A DNA stretch of 64,000 nt from assembly GCA_043228905.1 (NCBI GenBank), contig JBHGNT010000007.1, positions 22,134,001 to 22,198,000 on the forward strand, read 5' to 3'. Every line of letters begins with the position of its first letter. Position 1 is the first letter of the stretch. Origin of the DNA: Azolla caroliniana. Taxonomy: Eukaryota; Plantae; Polypodiophyta. This document shows positions 62,770 through 64,000 of this stretch, piece by piece. Under the pieces are notes generated by a model. The model saw only the letters and a list, made by a program, of their open reading frames with translations. It ran no database searches and was not told the origin of the DNA. Both the position numbers and the translations under genes were made by a program.

Positions 62770-64000
62770 TAATATCCTTATTTTTGCTCCTTGTGTTATG
62801 AAATATGGATAACATGTTAGTGACAAGAATGTAAAACCATTTTAGGAGCAAGTCGTTAGGATGCATTATCTCAAGCTATGTTATATAATTAATGCAACAT
62901 CAAACCTATTGCTCAATTCTTGAGCCCAATCGTTAATGTTGCAAATCACAAGCAAGCTACCAATAAATTTTAGAATTTCAACAAGGTAACCTCATCATCT
63001 ATAACCACCAACCATTTGTTGGGGGATACCTAAAGTGTATATGTATAATGCCAAATCAAAACATTGTACATGTATTGTGTTGTTATAGTTGCAAGAGATT
63101 TATTTGAGGATTAGACGTAAGTATGCAAAATAGAGTTCTTCATCGTCATGGATCTAAGACACTAATGAAAGAGGGTCTTACGAACACAACATAATGGTTC
63201 AAAGCTAAAGGATCATTGGTTGTTGCAATACATCAAATAAGAAATTGGGCATCTAATAAGAGAATTATAATTGTTTACTTGTTTTCTTATTTTTTGGTCA
63301 ATATTTGTACTTGATTAGTAAGCATTTCTATTGTGAGAGAATTCATAAAGCCCATCAAGTATAAAAAGATCCAAAGCAACAACTTTCAATAGGGCATAAG
63401 TGCCACATTCGCGGGTGCTACTCTTCTAGAAACATGTGTCAATGTCAAAGGTATGTCTGTTAACTTTGATCGACTTGTGGACTTTATAGAGGCAGAGATA
63501 TCTCATAAAGGAAGGGCAGAAAATAAGGACTTTCCTGAAGAGATAGTTGGGCAAAATGGATACGCCTTTATTTGGGGGCTATGGGATGTAGGCCACATAT
63601 TCTTACTTAACCACACTCCCTTCATGCTGAAATCACTTCCTTTCTTTTCTTTCTAACATGCCCTTATAGATTCAATATTTTCTAATGCAGGACAATGCTA
63701 ATTGGTACAAGTTAGCCCTTGTAAAACAATTTAGAGGCATAAAATCACAAGATTTTGAAGCTTTGGTCAAGGGTCACCCATCAAGAAAATGCATAAAAGA
63801 TGGAAAATATTTTAGAGAGAAGAAAAGGGTTTTGCAAAGAGAAAAAGGTCAGAGAGAAGAAAAGAGTTTTAGAGGGATGAAAAGGCTTTTAGCGAGGTGG
63901 AAAAGGCATTAGATAGATATGATTGCCTGAACTTTTGTAGATGGAGCGAGTTAACATTTTCAAATTCTTTTCATTTCTTCGTTTCTCTTTAACTCATTTC

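Overview
Eukaryotic, AT-rich, microsatellite- and transposon-rich nuclear DNA from a land plant. PPR architecture and TE content suggest a fern or other seed-free plant (inference). There are five host genes: an intronless uncharacterised plant gene (7413-7973), an intronless PLS-class PPR gene, a 7-exon LRL-type bHLH, a 21-exon LRRC40-like LRR gene and a 6-coding-exon SCP1/CTDSPL2-like phosphatase. There is also an intact hAT transposase ORF. The rest is nested, mostly degenerate retroelements (two copia families, chromovirus/gypsy pieces with a solo LTR, several L1-like LINEs), MITE-like inverted repeats and short tandem duplications. I see no clearly new multi-gene system. The best leads are gypsy LTRs carrying an antisense tRNA-like A/B-box module, a copia family with two identical PPTs, an apparent splice-donor shift in the bHLH gene, PPR L motifs with long insertions, an intact hAT ORF followed by a copy of its own 5' end, and intronic hairpins in the LRR gene. 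Exon boundaries were read by eye and may be off by a few bases.
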